Part shown: one piece after another, positions 8,740-21,150 of the stretch | How positions within the stretch are numbered: the stretch's first letter is position 1 | Layout: every line of letters begins with the position of its first letter | DNA from: Saprolegnia diclina VS20 | Lineage: Eukaryota | Length of the DNA stretch: 31,926 nt | Direction: 5' to 3' | Assembly: GCF_000281045.1 (NCBI RefSeq) | Contig: NW_008246074.1 | Span: 958,433 to 990,358 of the forward strand | The notes under the pieces: model-generated | The model's database searches: none | What the model saw: the letters and a program-made list of their open reading frames with translations, nothing else | What the model was told of the DNA's origin: nothing | Position numbers and translations under genes: made by a program

Positions 8740-11700
8740 ATGGAGGACGACGCCAAGGACGCGCGGCTCGTGGCGTCGCCGCCCGTGCGCGAGGTCCACT
8801 TGCAGTCGGCCGACTTTTCGCAGTTTGACGGCGCCGCGCTCTCGGCGTGGCACCTGGCGCAGCTGCTACAGGCGCCGCCGACCGCGGTCGCCACCCATGG
8901 CCTCGATACGCAGGCAGCGACGTACGTGCAGATGACGCTGCCGGACGAAGGCGTCGCGCTCGCAAGCATTGCGTTTGGCGACGTCGACCCGAGTATGGAC
9001 GCGGTGGTGCGCGACGAGCCGACCGAGCCAATGCGACTGAACGTGACGCCGCAGTCGGCCGTGTACCTCTCGTTTAAAAAGTACCGCGTCGTCATCTGCC
9101 TCGACGCGAGTCCGTCGAGCTTGTCGATCGACCCTGTCTCGGGCTCGCTCTTCCTCGACGTGTCGTTCACGTCGGTCGAGCGCCTCTTGCATGCGCTCGT
9201 GCAACGCCCTTTGGAGCCCGCAACGTATGCGACGCCCGAGCTCCACATTTCGATTCTTGTGCAGGGCGCGCTCGTCGACTCGCTGTGCGTGCTGGCCCAA
9301 GGCTACATGGTCAACGACACGAACGTGCACACACTCGTGTCGCTTCTGCGCCAGCGCCTCCAGCTTCTCGAAGACAAGTGGGCAACGGCGTCGCCATCGT
9401 CGACGCTGCCCGCCGCGGCGCCGTCGTCCTTGGCCATGACGCTCCAGAACGCCACCTTTGCGCTCAACTCGCTGCCGCACGACGCGGCGCCGCTGCTCGT
9501 GCTCGTGACCGACGGCGTCGTCGACCTCCCGCATGTCTACGCTTACGACCACATGATGATGCAGTTGGCGCGCCACCACATCACTTGCCACGCCATCCAG
9601 GTAGCCGTTTGGCCACTTGATATATTGATACGAAACCGTGTAGCTCGGCGGCGGCTTTGTACCCCACTGCTCGTTCGGGTACGTGCCCGACACAGACTTG
9701 CTTCGGTACGTGACGGCCGCGACCGGCGGCGCCTTCTTTGACATGGAGACGCTGAGCTCGCTCCCAACATCGGCGACACCGTTTGCCAACCACGTGCAAG
9801 CCGCGTGCTTTCTGCAGCCGTCCAAAGTGTGCCCGGCGAATCCATCGCCCGAGATGCCACTGGTCGCGGACCGCGTCCCGATGGACCTCGTCATGTCGTA
9901 CCGGCCACTGCGCATCTTTCGCGAGAAGGTCCATGAGTTCAAGTTTGTGGGCGCGATCGCCAAGCTCGCGTCGGCGCGGCTCGAAGAAGGCTTTTGCGTC
10001 GCCAAGGTCGCTTCCAGTGCAAAAGACGGCAGCACGCGTCTCCACTGCGTTCTACAGTGGACGTCCGACGTCTGGCTCGAGTATACGATCGGCGGTCCCC
10101 TCGGAAGCGACGGCGAGCTCACGATCCGCATCGATGTGCTCGCGCACGCCAAGTTTCTCGAAGAGTTTGCCGCCGTCCGCAGCATGAGCGCGCCACCCGT
10201 CAACTCGCTCTGCGTGCTGCTGCATCGGTTCCTCAAGGACATGTACGAGCGCGATCGAACGTTCCTGCATCTCGTGTCGGCGATGACGATGCCGACGCTC
10301 GACCAAGATACGACAAAGCTGCATTCCTTTTCGCGCATGGCGACGACGGTAGCGGCGCCCCACCCGGTGTTTTTGCTCGTCGGCGAGCTCTCGCCGCTCC
10401 TGTGGCACCGCTGGTTCCACGTCGAGCGCTTTGAGATGTTGCTCTTGGAGTCGACCACGTACCCAAAGGATCCGTTGCTGCTCGAGACGCTGAGCAAGTG
10501 GTCATCCATGGCCTTGAGCGCCGACATTTACCTCAAGTTTCTCGACACGTCGTCGTCGTCGAAAGGCAACGTCAACCGCAAGCAACGCGGGTCGCTCACG
10601 CTTTCGTTGCCGTCGTCGGCGTCGGCACCGGCGCGAAAAGCGCTCTGCTTTGTGCGACTCGAGCGCACAGGACATGCGCTTGTCGTCATCTACGTGGCGT
10701 TCTATGGCACGTCCACGTCGGCGCGCAAGGCGGTGCTCGCCGACCTCCAGCGCACACTGTATGCTGGCGTTAACCCGACCGAGACGCCACCGTCCATGGT
10801 GCTCTGCCACCGGCATGTGCAGCGACTCTTCCTCCTACCGCACATCATCCACGATCTCATTGCACCGCCAACGACGCACGAAGAACGGTCGGTGAACGCA
10901 CCGTTGATTGCGAGCTGTTGCTCCGGGTCGGGCCTCGTCGGGTCGGTGTTTGCTGCGTACATGTGGCGGACGCTATGGTGCTGGCACGTCGAGTCGGCGC
11001 AGCAAGACGAGACCATCGACCAGCTTCAAGAAGAACGCTTGAACAGCGACGGCTTTTGCGTCGTCCAGGCCGACGACAGCTTTGTCTTGTTGGCCAAAGA
11101 GGTGCTGCTCGAGAACAAGAAGAGCGCGGTCGTGCAGTATGCGATCACAGTCATCTCAGACAGCGTCCTCTGCACATCGCTGTGGATGGAGCCGACGAGC
11201 GGACGCATTTGTGACACGTCCGGAACCTTTGGCGCACCGCCCAACGACGACGACGACGACAACAACCCGATGAGCGACGGTATCGAGTCGGCGTCGTACT
11301 ACCAAGAGATGCAAGCCGCGACGTACCTCGCTGACGTGCACATACTCTCTTGCATGTCGACGTTCTACCGCATTCTCCAAGCGACCAAAGACGAGTCGAC
11401 GGTCGTCGGGCCCCTCGATCGGCTCGGGCCGGAAGCCGCGACCGCCGGGCCTTTTCACGTGCAAGAGTCGCCGTTCAGCACGGCGCGGCTCCTCACGACG
11501 GCCACCAAGACGTCGGACCGGTTCCTGCTGTACATGGAGCCGGACGCGGCCAACGTGGAGCTTCATGGGATGCTGCTCGAGAGCATCAAGCGGCTCAGCG
11601 ACGTCGAGGTTGCGTGGACCGACGAGATGGGCACCGAGTCGCGCATGCACGGCGTCTTTCCGCGGCTCACGGGCGGCCCGCTCTGGTCGGCGGCGCGCGA

Positions 11701-14700
11701 AGTCGCTCCGAGCTGCTCGTCGCTCGCCCCCGGTCGGTGCTTTGCCAAGCTTCTCTCCGAGACGACGTTTGTGCTGGCGTTTGTGCCGTCGCTCGAGTCG
11801 GTGCCCACCCCCCGTGGTTGCGACGTACCGAGCTCGCCGGTCGCGCTCTCGGAGCGCCTCAAGTGGCTTGCCGGCATGTCGTCGTCGGTCGTGCTCAACG
11901 CGCACCACCCCAACCCAATGACGTCCGCCGACGTTGCACGATTCGAAGCCCGGCGCGCGCTCTTTGAGCCCAAAGCCGACACGTGTTCGTCGTACTTGGC
12001 GCTGCCGCTGACCTTTTTCGAGTGCTCGCTCGATGACAATGCGTCGATGGCGGCCACGTCCGGCTTGGACGTGTACGTCAAGCACCTCAAGGCGGCGCAC
12101 GAGACCAACTTTGCCCACGGCGTGTACCGAGCGCTCCGCGAGCAGCACGTGACGCTGCAGCCGTGCGACTTGCTTCAGGCGCTCTGGAGCTGCCAGCAAG
12201 TGGCCATCGACCTCGACGTCTCGTTATTGCACCACATGTTGCATTTGCTGCCGTTGGTGCCACGTACGATCGACCCGGCGTTCGACGCGCTCCTCTCGCA
12301 GGTGCTGACATCGATCCCGAAGACGCAGTGGTACTACTTTGCTGCGCAAAACGACGACATTGTCCCGTTCTTTGTCCGCCTCGAGTGCTATCAAGACGAC
12401 AAGGGCGTCGAGAGCGACGTCGACGGCGCCGGCCGCCCGCGCTCCAACAGCGTCCGCGTCCTCTCGGACACGCAGCAGTTCACCGACGTGCTCACGTCGA
12501 TGCTATGCGCCGCAAACTGCGTGCCGTCGCAGTCGTCGTCGGATGAGGACGATGACGCGTCAAACGAGGCGACCGAGAGCAAGGTGACGACGCTGGAGGC
12601 CGACGTCTTGGCGGTCGTCGACGCCTTGCGCGGGCCGCGACATCCGAAAACGTACTTGCGTCTTGTGGTCATGACGCTGCCGCCGGACCCGCTTTTGAAG
12701 AAGGACATGGACGAGACGGTCCTGCCGCCGACGCAGCACCAAGTGTTTCAGGACCTCCGCTTGCGTCTCCAAGAGCTCTGCGCTGTCCAGGTGCTCGGGA
12801 TGCTGCAGTGCTTGCCGACGCTCACACCGGCGCTCGGGTCGCTCGTGCAACTGCTGTTTTTGGAGCTCCCGACGACGTCGCTTCGACGTGTTCAGTACCC
12901 GCTCGAGTTTTTGCCCGTCGACGGCGTTGTCTCTGCCATATCGCTCTTCCGAACGCAGCTGCTGGCGAGCCACGTGCTGCCGCTGCAAGCGTGCAACGAC
13001 CTCTATTTCGTCGTGTCGGACGCGCCGTACTGGGCCTTCTTTGCGGTCGACGACGCCAATACGACGGTGTGGCTGCACTTGCACGTGGCGCCAAGTGCGG
13101 GCGTCGACGAAGTGTCGCTTTTGACGCAGTTGCACCTCGGTGTCCTAGCAGTCGCCAAGCAAGTCAACCAGATCATTTTGCTCCAGCAACTGCACGAATC
13201 CCGGAGCTGTTCGTCGCTCTTGCTCAAGTCGTCGTCGTCGACAACGACACCGTCGCACTCGTCGTCGTTTGACGCGGCCGTTGCGTCGTCGTCGTTCTTT
13301 TGGCCCGGCCAGTTTGAGTGCGTGTGCCAGTTCCGACGGAGCTTCAAGCTCCAGGACCGCCTCATTCCGAGCGTGACGCTCAACAACGTGTGCACGGCGG
13401 CCCTCGAGCAGTTCCAGGTCCATAATCGACCGCACATGTTTGTCTACAAGGACAAGGCAGGCCACGTGTTTTACATGCTCCTGACGCTGCACGAAGCGAC
13501 GCGGCAGGTGGAGCTCACCGTCTACGGCATCTGCGCGCCGTCGGACGAGGTCACGATCGAGCTCTGCCGCGTCCTCGAGCGCAAGATTGACGAAGCGACG
13601 CAGCTGATTCTGATGAAGCTACTGGCGCGCAACGCCAAGTTCCCGTTGGTGGCCACCGACGTGCAGTTTCTGTGTCCCGACGTTGCGGCGCCGACGCACG
13701 TCACGTCGTTTGCGCTGCCGACCCCTGTGCGCGACCCAATTGTCCTGCTCCACCTCATCAAGGACAAGATGACCGAACCGTCGTACGCCCGGTCGATGCC
13801 GCCCACACCGTCGATCGACGTCAACGTGCTGCACCCGGCGTATGTGTTTGGCGCCAAGAAGCAGCATGAAGCACCGTCGTCGCCCGTGTGCTGGACAGCC
13901 GATGCGGGTCGTCTCGAGTCGACACCGACGCATTCGTTTGTCCTCAACATGAACCCCGAGTTTGGCGCGCGCTCGGGCTTTGTGACGTCGTGTGGCAAGG
14001 GCCTCGCGCTCGTGCACATGGACTTGCTCGACGGCGCGTCCGTCGTGCACCATGCACCCACCGGTACCGTACCTCCTTGCAGAAGCGTAGAGACCGAGCG
14101 CATTCTCGATAGGTTGCTTCGCGCCGCCTGGTACGGTCTGGTCGCAGGTCCTGAGTGCATCACCGTCACCGTCGTCGTCGTCACCGTCGTCGTCGTCGTC
14201 GTCGTCCTTGCCCACGGGGTTCCACGTTCGCTTTCGCGTCTACGTGCGCGGCCATCTCAACTGCGCGGTGTTATCCGAGATCTTTGTGCTCTCGGTCAAG
14301 CAGGTACTGCAGCGTCTCCTTGCTACATGGAGTAAGACGCGATCGATGAATGCTGCTCGATAGGCGCTGTACGAGTATGCACTGGAGGCCATGTTGGCCG
14401 AGCCGTCGACGTCGTCCGTGTACCCGGCGACGATGCTGACCGAAGTGCAACGGCTCTTGAAGGACGCGGCGCAGCTCACGACGACGACGGCGGTTCTCTT
14501 GACGCAGACGCAAGTGCTGCCGACGTACGAGATTCCGCACATTGTCAAGCAAGTAGCGTCGTTGCTGCAGTGCTTGCCGTCGTCGCACTGGTGCGCCTTC
14601 TACCATGTCTCTCAAACACTGTCCTATCGTCGTATGTGTAGGCCGTCGACGTACTACCAGTCGACGCCGTCGTCCCCGTGTGCGCTCTTTGACGCCGACT

Positions 14701-17700
14701 CGTCGGTGGTCGCGTCGACGTATACATTTCGCGACACGTTTGTCCTTGTGTGTCCGCGGCCGCCACCGACAGTGTTCTCTCCGCCCGAGGACCCACAGCC
14801 GCTCCCCAAGACGAGCTCGATGCACTCGCTCGCCAGCGTCGACACGGTCACGAGCAGCTTGCCGTCGCCGATGGCGTCACCACGGCACCCGCCGATGCCG
14901 ATGGCCAAAGAATACTCGCTCCACGATGCCATGTTGCACCCGACGCTCGGCGTCCTCGGGCGCCGGCACCTCTTTTACGCGGTGCAGATCTCGCACCACG
15001 GGCTCTCACTGCTGAGCTACAACGTGCACCCGTCGGCGCTCGAGTCGCTCTGTCTCGGCATCTCGAAAGCGCTCTCGTGGTGTGCGCTGCGGCAGTCCCT
15101 CTTGAGCAGCATCCTCTTTCAAAAGCGGGGCTTTGCGTTGGCCGCGCCGACGCAGTGCATTGTGCTGCAACCGACGTCGCTCGTCGAGCGCCGGGCGCCG
15201 GTCCTTGGAAAGAACCCGTTGCACTTGGCGCGGGATGTGGTGCATGGCACGATCGTGTTTACGCCGCAGATCTTTGGCGTCGTCTTGGAGCACACAACCG
15301 CGCCGCGGTCGCTCGTGACGTCGACGTTCCGGGCAATTGAAGGCATGGGCCTCGCCGAGTATCTGCGCGAGACCGGCACGTACATTGAAGACCTCTCGGT
15401 GCGACCCCGCGCGATCTCGGGCACCGCCGACAAGCTTGAGCACTCGGCCGTCTCGACGCCCATGTCGACGTCGTCGGCGACGTCGTCCATGTCGTCGGCG
15501 CCCACGCTCTCGTCGTCGTCGTCCGGGCGGTCGCTGACCGTGCCGGCGCCGGTTGCCGCGCCGATCGTGCGCAAGCCGGCGAACGCGACGAACGCGCTCA
15601 TGGCCGCCCGCGCCCGCGCCCGAGGTCCGTTGAAAGGGCCGTCGGGGGCGACGCCGCCGAGCGCCACCGGTTCGGACGACGGCAACGACAACAAACCGCC
15701 GCCCGCGTGGTCGCTGACGCTCAACAAGGACGCGATCCCGCCCCGTGTGAGTAAGAACAAGGCGTCGCCGGTCGTCCCGTCGGCCGCTGCACTTGCGACG
15801 CGGCGGCCGTCGGGGCCGTTGCCGCAGCACCCGGAGATGACCAAACCGCTGTTGACGACCACGACCAGTGGCAATACCCAAGCCACCAAGGACACGTCGC
15901 TCGCGTGGCGCAGTGCGCTCAAGACGCTGCTGCCGTCGTCGTTTAGCCACTACCACCGCGACGACCGCGACGTCGAAGGCTCGACAAAAGCTAAAGACCC
16001 GCTCGTCTTCCACGGCGTCAACTTGCGCTCGGCACTGGACTTTCACGCGTCGCACCGGTCGAGCTACACGATGGTGTACGGTCTCTTCAAAGGGCTCATG
16101 AATTCGACGTCGGTCGTGCCGGCGCCCGACACGCTCCGCAAGCTCGTCGACTGCAGTCGGCTCATTGGCCATCGGCAGCTCGCAGTGTCGTTCAGTGGCG
16201 CGTTGCCGCGCCGGACGACGGCGCCGTCCCACGACATTCTCTCGTTGCTGGCGTACGAGATCCAGTTTATCTTCAACAACCTCTTTGGCAGCATTGCGCG
16301 GCTGCACGTCGACGATCTGCTGTGCACTGAAGGCATGCCGGCCAGCGCCGCCTACAGTCAATTCACGACCTTTTGCACTCGGGCGACCGCGAGTCTCGGT
16401 CGGCGCCACGCCGCCGACGTCGGTCAGCTCCTCGTGACGCATCTGCGTCAGCATGGACTGCGACCGCTCCACGACGTGACGCAAAATGGCGTTGGTGTGT
16501 ACGGAAAAAAGGCCGACGGCGTCGCAGGGCTCATTTTGATCGAGCTGTCGCAGTCCAAGTCGCACCACGTTGGCGTCCGCGCGTACTTTGTCTCGGAGCG
16601 CGACGTCGTGAGCTTGGACGCCGGTCGGCATTTGCCGCAGTCGAGCTACCCGGTCCTGTCGCGCGCCGACCTCGTCTCGACCTTCCAAGCGATCGCGCGC
16701 GCGACCAACGTCCGACGCCTCGTGTACGATTACGTGATATCGGACCTCCACGCGTTCGTCTTGCACACGTTGTCGGTGTCGACGACCGCGCTCCAGGCGC
16801 ACGTGGCCTTTGGCGACCCGTCGACGTCGGTTGTGCGCAACGTCGTCGGCACGATGAATGCGTTTCTCGAAGCGTACCCGTCGGCGCCAGAGAGCGCGGT
16901 GTATGGCCTGCAAGCGTGGGAGTTTGTCGTCGAGAACGTCGCGACGTTGCTGCGCTACATTGCGTGCCATGCGACGCGGTACTATGTGAGCGACCTCCTC
17001 ATCTTTGGGACGCCCGATGCGATCGCCACCAAGAGCGCGACCGGTCGGTTCATCAAAGACTTCAACGAACAACCGATCGCGCTCGACAGTACGCCGTATA
17101 CGCTCGTGCTCACGAGCTCGTCCCAAAACACGCTCAAGGTCTACGCGCTGCATACGACCGACGCGCTCTCGCACCTCTGGGAACACGTCGAGGTACGTGC
17201 TTTGTATCAACGTATCAAGATCAAGCCATGAGTAGCTGTTTGTGATGGAGCTCATGCGTGTCGCGAGCGTCGACTATAAGCGCGACATTCTCTGGTCGCG
17301 GCTCCTCTTTGGGGCGGCGCAGACGGGGCTCGAAGCGCCGCCGTGCGAAGTCGACGTGCAGCAACTGGAAGACTGCCTCGCGCTCTCTGTGCGGACGCCA
17401 TTTGACCGGTAGCAATACATTTGCATAGCCATGTCGGCTAACTGTATGGCGATAGCATTGACCCGGTGCTCACAGAGCTCCTCGCCGTGACGCAGGTCGA
17501 CTGGTCCGAGTTCCTCGGGCTTCTCAAAGTCGTGCACAAGGTACATCGTACCTCGATGAAGTCCTCTTCGGTTTCGACAAAGCGCTTTTGTAGGAGGGGA
17601 TGCGCGAGTACCAGTTCCACAGCCGACGCCATGTGCTCCTCATGTGTGAGAGCGCGCGGGACATTATGATTCACATCTACCACGACGACGTCTCGGGCCT

Positions 17701-17827
17701 CCTCTCGATGGAGATTTGCCGACGTGAAGAGCCTGCGAGCGGCGCCCTCTCGCACGAACAGCGCCAAACCGTGCGCGACCTTGTCAACCACATCGTCTAC
17801 TGGCTCTGGACCCAAGTGACGACCTAA
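8740..17827 (+). CDS. SZT2: KICSTOR complex scaffold SZT2 homolog (about 2900 aa), multi-exon
   Basis: Introns at 9601-9643, 14064-14112, 14304-14363, probably 14591-14641, 17193-17235, 17409-17455 and 17541-17593. SZT2-like motifs YRVVICLDASPS...DPVSGSLFLD, LVTDGV...CHAIQLGG...FGYVPDTDLLRY, ARLEEGF, FWPGQFEC, RDILWSRL, and C-terminal LVNHIVYWLW. Confidence 0.88.
14158..14207 (+). repeat. Imperfect (TCG/TCA/CCG)n trinucleotide tract encoding poly-Ser/Pro in SZT2
   Basis: tcaccgtcaccgtcgtcgtcgtcaccgtcgtcgtcgtcgtcgtcgtcc. After the 14064-14112 intron it reads SPSPSSSSPSSSSSSS. Confidence 0.7.
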
Positions 17828-17892
17828 GATCGTTGCGCTTTTTCTCAAGTCGAGTATGTTGTTGGACGTGTGTATATTACAGTGGTGGGCGG

Positions 17893-20493
17893 CTATGGCA
17901 GTAACTTGTCTTTGGCCATTTGGAGAAAGAGCCGCTTGAAGCCGTGCGAGTACGTGCGCGGTGAAAACTTGGCGACGGGCAGCTCCCGTGACGTCCTCGG
18001 CTGCCGCGACCGCAGTGACGCTTCGGACCGCCCCGACCGAAGCGACGACCGACTCGTGCTCGATGTCGACGGCTCGGGTGTCGACGGGCGACGCGACGGC
18101 CGTGGCGACGTTGGCCGACTCGCACTCGACGATGGCGACGACGGCCGGCGAGAGCTTGGCGATACTGGTCGACGAAAACTTGGGGACGATGGCCGGGTCG
18201 ACGTAAAAGAGGCCACGGACCGTGATCGCGCGGCCGACGACGGACGCTCGCTACTGGCGTCGGTCGCATCGTAGTCGTCGTCGGGCTCGCTGGGTGTTTC
18301 GTCCACCTCGACATCGTCGTCGTCGTCGTTGTCATCGTCGGTGTCGGCGGCGTGGGGGGTACGGGCGTGGTGGGCCTCAATCTTTCTTCGCCACAGCATG
18401 TGGGACTCGCGCTTGGCTTTTTGCAGCGGAAGGCGCGAGCCAGCCGAGACCGGTCGCGCCGTGGCTGGTCGGTCGTCATGAGCCGTCGACACGCGCGCTG
18501 AGAGCGGTCGCATCCCCACTGCACTGCTCGGTCGTGTCGGTGCCCCGATCGACGCCCTTCGTGGTACGTCCCCAGGCTTGCTCGGACGTCTACAGCTCCA
18601 TGAGCCGTCCATCCAAACACAGATGTTGTGTGTACATGTGTTTTCGGGGCGACGACGGGCGGCGACCCGAGGCATTGCTACCGGACGATGACGACGACGA
18701 CGTGGCCGGTCGCGCCGGCGGTGCCGACGTCGGTCGCGGTGGTGTCGCGAGTCGCACCGTACCGTTCTTGGTCAGCGACGCATATGCGATCGCGTCGGCC
18801 CCCTTTTGCAGTCGCTCATCGTGCGTCATGCCCTACCATCGTCATTCGACACTACACACTCATTGATCGTCGTACCCAGACGTCGCCGTCGCCGGTGTAG
18901 TCGGGGGCGAGCACGTGCTTGCAAAACTCGGCGAGATCGATCGTGCTGCTCTTGTCGGTATCGTAGCGGTCAAAGAGCCCGCGGGCTTGGGCCTCGTTGA
19001 GGCGGAAGCCGAGGACGAGGACACCGCGCGTGAATTCGTCAAATGTGATACCGTGGGCCTTCTGAAAGACGCGGTAGACTTGCCGGAACGTGTCCGAGGA
19101 CTTGGACGTTTTCTGCGTAATGCGCTCGCGGAGCTTGGTTTGAATCGCGTCGAGGCTCCAGTGGTCGATGTTGACGCGGTTGTAGTAGGCATCTGGCTGG
19201 AGTTGCTTGCGCTAATTCCATTTCGATAAACTCCTTTGCTTCTTAGCGAGTGCGTACCAACGCGTCTTGGCGCGCCATCTCGTCGGCTTCGGCGACCCAC
19301 GTCCCCTTGGTGTAGTCGGGCGGGAGCACGCCGCGCACAAATTCGTTGAGGTCAATGTCGCCGCTGCCGTCGAGATCGTACTTTTGAAAGAGCTTCATGG
19401 TCGACGCGCGGGGCAGGTCCAGGCCGAGCTCGGCGAGCGCGTCGTGGAACTCGTGCGCGCGGATGCCGCTGGTCTTTTTAAATATCTGCAGCGCCTGCCG
19501 AAAGCAGTCGGACGACCGCGACGTGTGCTGCTCGATCTTCTCCCGGAGCTTGCGCTCCATGTCTTCGATCGTCCAGGAGGCCTCGACGCTGTGGACGGCC
19601 GCCGCGTAGCGCAGTCGCCGGACGTCCTCGCGTTTCTGGCGCTCGATTTGGGCTTGAATGTACGTGGCCGAGTAGTCGTCGATCGTAATGCCTTGGACAA
19701 ACTCGTTGAGGTCGAGGTCGCCCGAGTGATTTGCGTCAAACATCGCAAAGAGCTCTTGGGCTTGCGACGACGTGAGACGAAAGCCCATGCGGAGGAGCCC
19801 TTCGTGAAACTCGTCGAGCGTAATACCCGACGCTTTTGTAAAGATCATGAACGCTTGTCGGAACCGGTCCGAGCCCTTCGACGTGCGCTGGTCGATCTTC
19901 TCCCGTATCCGCTTGATGATTTCGGGCAACGGAAGGTTGTCGCCGACCATCACCTCGTGCTGCGCCCGCGCCGGGTGGTGGTGCAACTGCATCGGCTTGT
20001 GCGCGAGACGATCGGGCTGCGCGAGGACCGGTGGCGCCACCTGGTTGGGCACACGGAGTGGCGACGTTAGTGCGATGGCTGCGACGGGTGCACTCAAGGC
20101 GGCGCCTTTCTTCTTCTTAAGCAGCGTTGTCGAGGTCACGTGCTGGCGCTTCCCGCGTGGCGTGCCAAAGACTCCGCGCTTGAACTTGGCGCGATCGAGC
20201 GTACCCGTGGCGTCCGAGTCGTAGAGGTGGAAGAGCGCGTAGCTCTGCTGGCGGTTGGCGCAGATGCGAAACTTGAGCAATAGCGAGTGAAAAGCGTTGG
20301 GCGAGATCGCGTCCGAGCTCGTAAAGAGCTCGAACGCCTTCTCGACGCGCTCGTTCTCGACCGGGATGAGCGCTTCGAGCTTGGACCGGAGCTTCCGCGT
20401 GAGCACGTCGAGGACCGTGGACCCGGCCCGAGGATCGTGGACCGGGCGCCTCGTCACGCAGCTCGCGCCGACGACGCCTCCGAGGCCCGACAT
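17893..20493 (-). CDS. Multi-EF-hand calcium-binding protein with four repeated modules and a Ser/Arg/Pro-rich disordered tail, 4 exons
   Basis: Introns at 19212-19257, 18833-18875 and 18590-18635 join the ORFs into one frame. EF loops DSDATGTLDRAKF, DANHSGDLDLNEF, DLDGSGDIDLNEF and DTDKSSTIDLAEF, each preceded by a KLREKI..TS..SD.FRQA..IF-like helix (most diverged in the first module). Confidence 0.85.
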
Positions 20494-20587
20494 CGTGGGC
20501 TGCGAACGAGTCGGTTGTTGTTTCTTGATGGCACCGAGGCCCTATTCTTGGCGCGCTAACTTTAGGCTTGAAACACCCTTTCGCACG

Positions 20588-20625
20588 CGTATCCGGATGA
20601 CACGCGACGATCGTATCCGGATGAC
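20588..20625. repeat. 14-bp direct repeat CGTATCCGGATGAC (x2) with a palindromic core, upstream of the EF-hand gene
   Basis: Copies at 20588-20601 and 20612-20625. Confidence 0.75.
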
Positions 20626-21150
20626 CCACTTCAAGTTGAATCGTCGTCGTCGAGCAGCGACGAGATGCTATCGCCATGACGCCTTTGGCTGTTGGCACCG
20701 CGCTCGCAAGGTAGTTAAACAAGGAAAACCTTACCATTTGATTATGCTCGAAGGTCGTAGGGCTGACCGATGTAGACGGGATGTCGAGTGCCATCGTGGT
20801 AGGGTTCGTTGAGGCTATGTGTTGTCGAGAAGTTCTCGTCGTCGTCGCAGCAGTATCCGTGCACGACTCTGCCATCTCATTTGTACTGGCGTTGGGTCCA
20901 AGGTGGATGGCGGAGGCTGTAGGTATTTGCTTGTTTTGGCTGGGGCGATACGGTGGTCCGATGCTGTCGACGTGGCAGCGTGCTGGTGGTTTGTACGAGT
21001 CGCCAACATCGTCGCAGGGCGTCGAGACAGAGCGTGGCGCCAGAGTGCAATCTTCGGCCGAGATGGCTTCGATATTATTTGGCTTCGAAAAAAGCACGGA
21101 AGATCGCAACACAAAGATTTGCCCACTTGCGTTCACGCCACCGAGACGCG

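Noticed and set aside
14113..14335. Poly-valine 'transmembrane' tract at the end of the 1550-aa ORF
   Set aside because: Artefact of reading through intron 14064-14112. The spliced frame encodes poly-Ser.
18860..19300. Separate Ser/Thr-rich ORF (MPTTTASTSTTG...) downstream of the EF-hand ORF
   Set aside because: An alternative frame encodes a clear fourth EF-hand module flanked by GT-AG introns.
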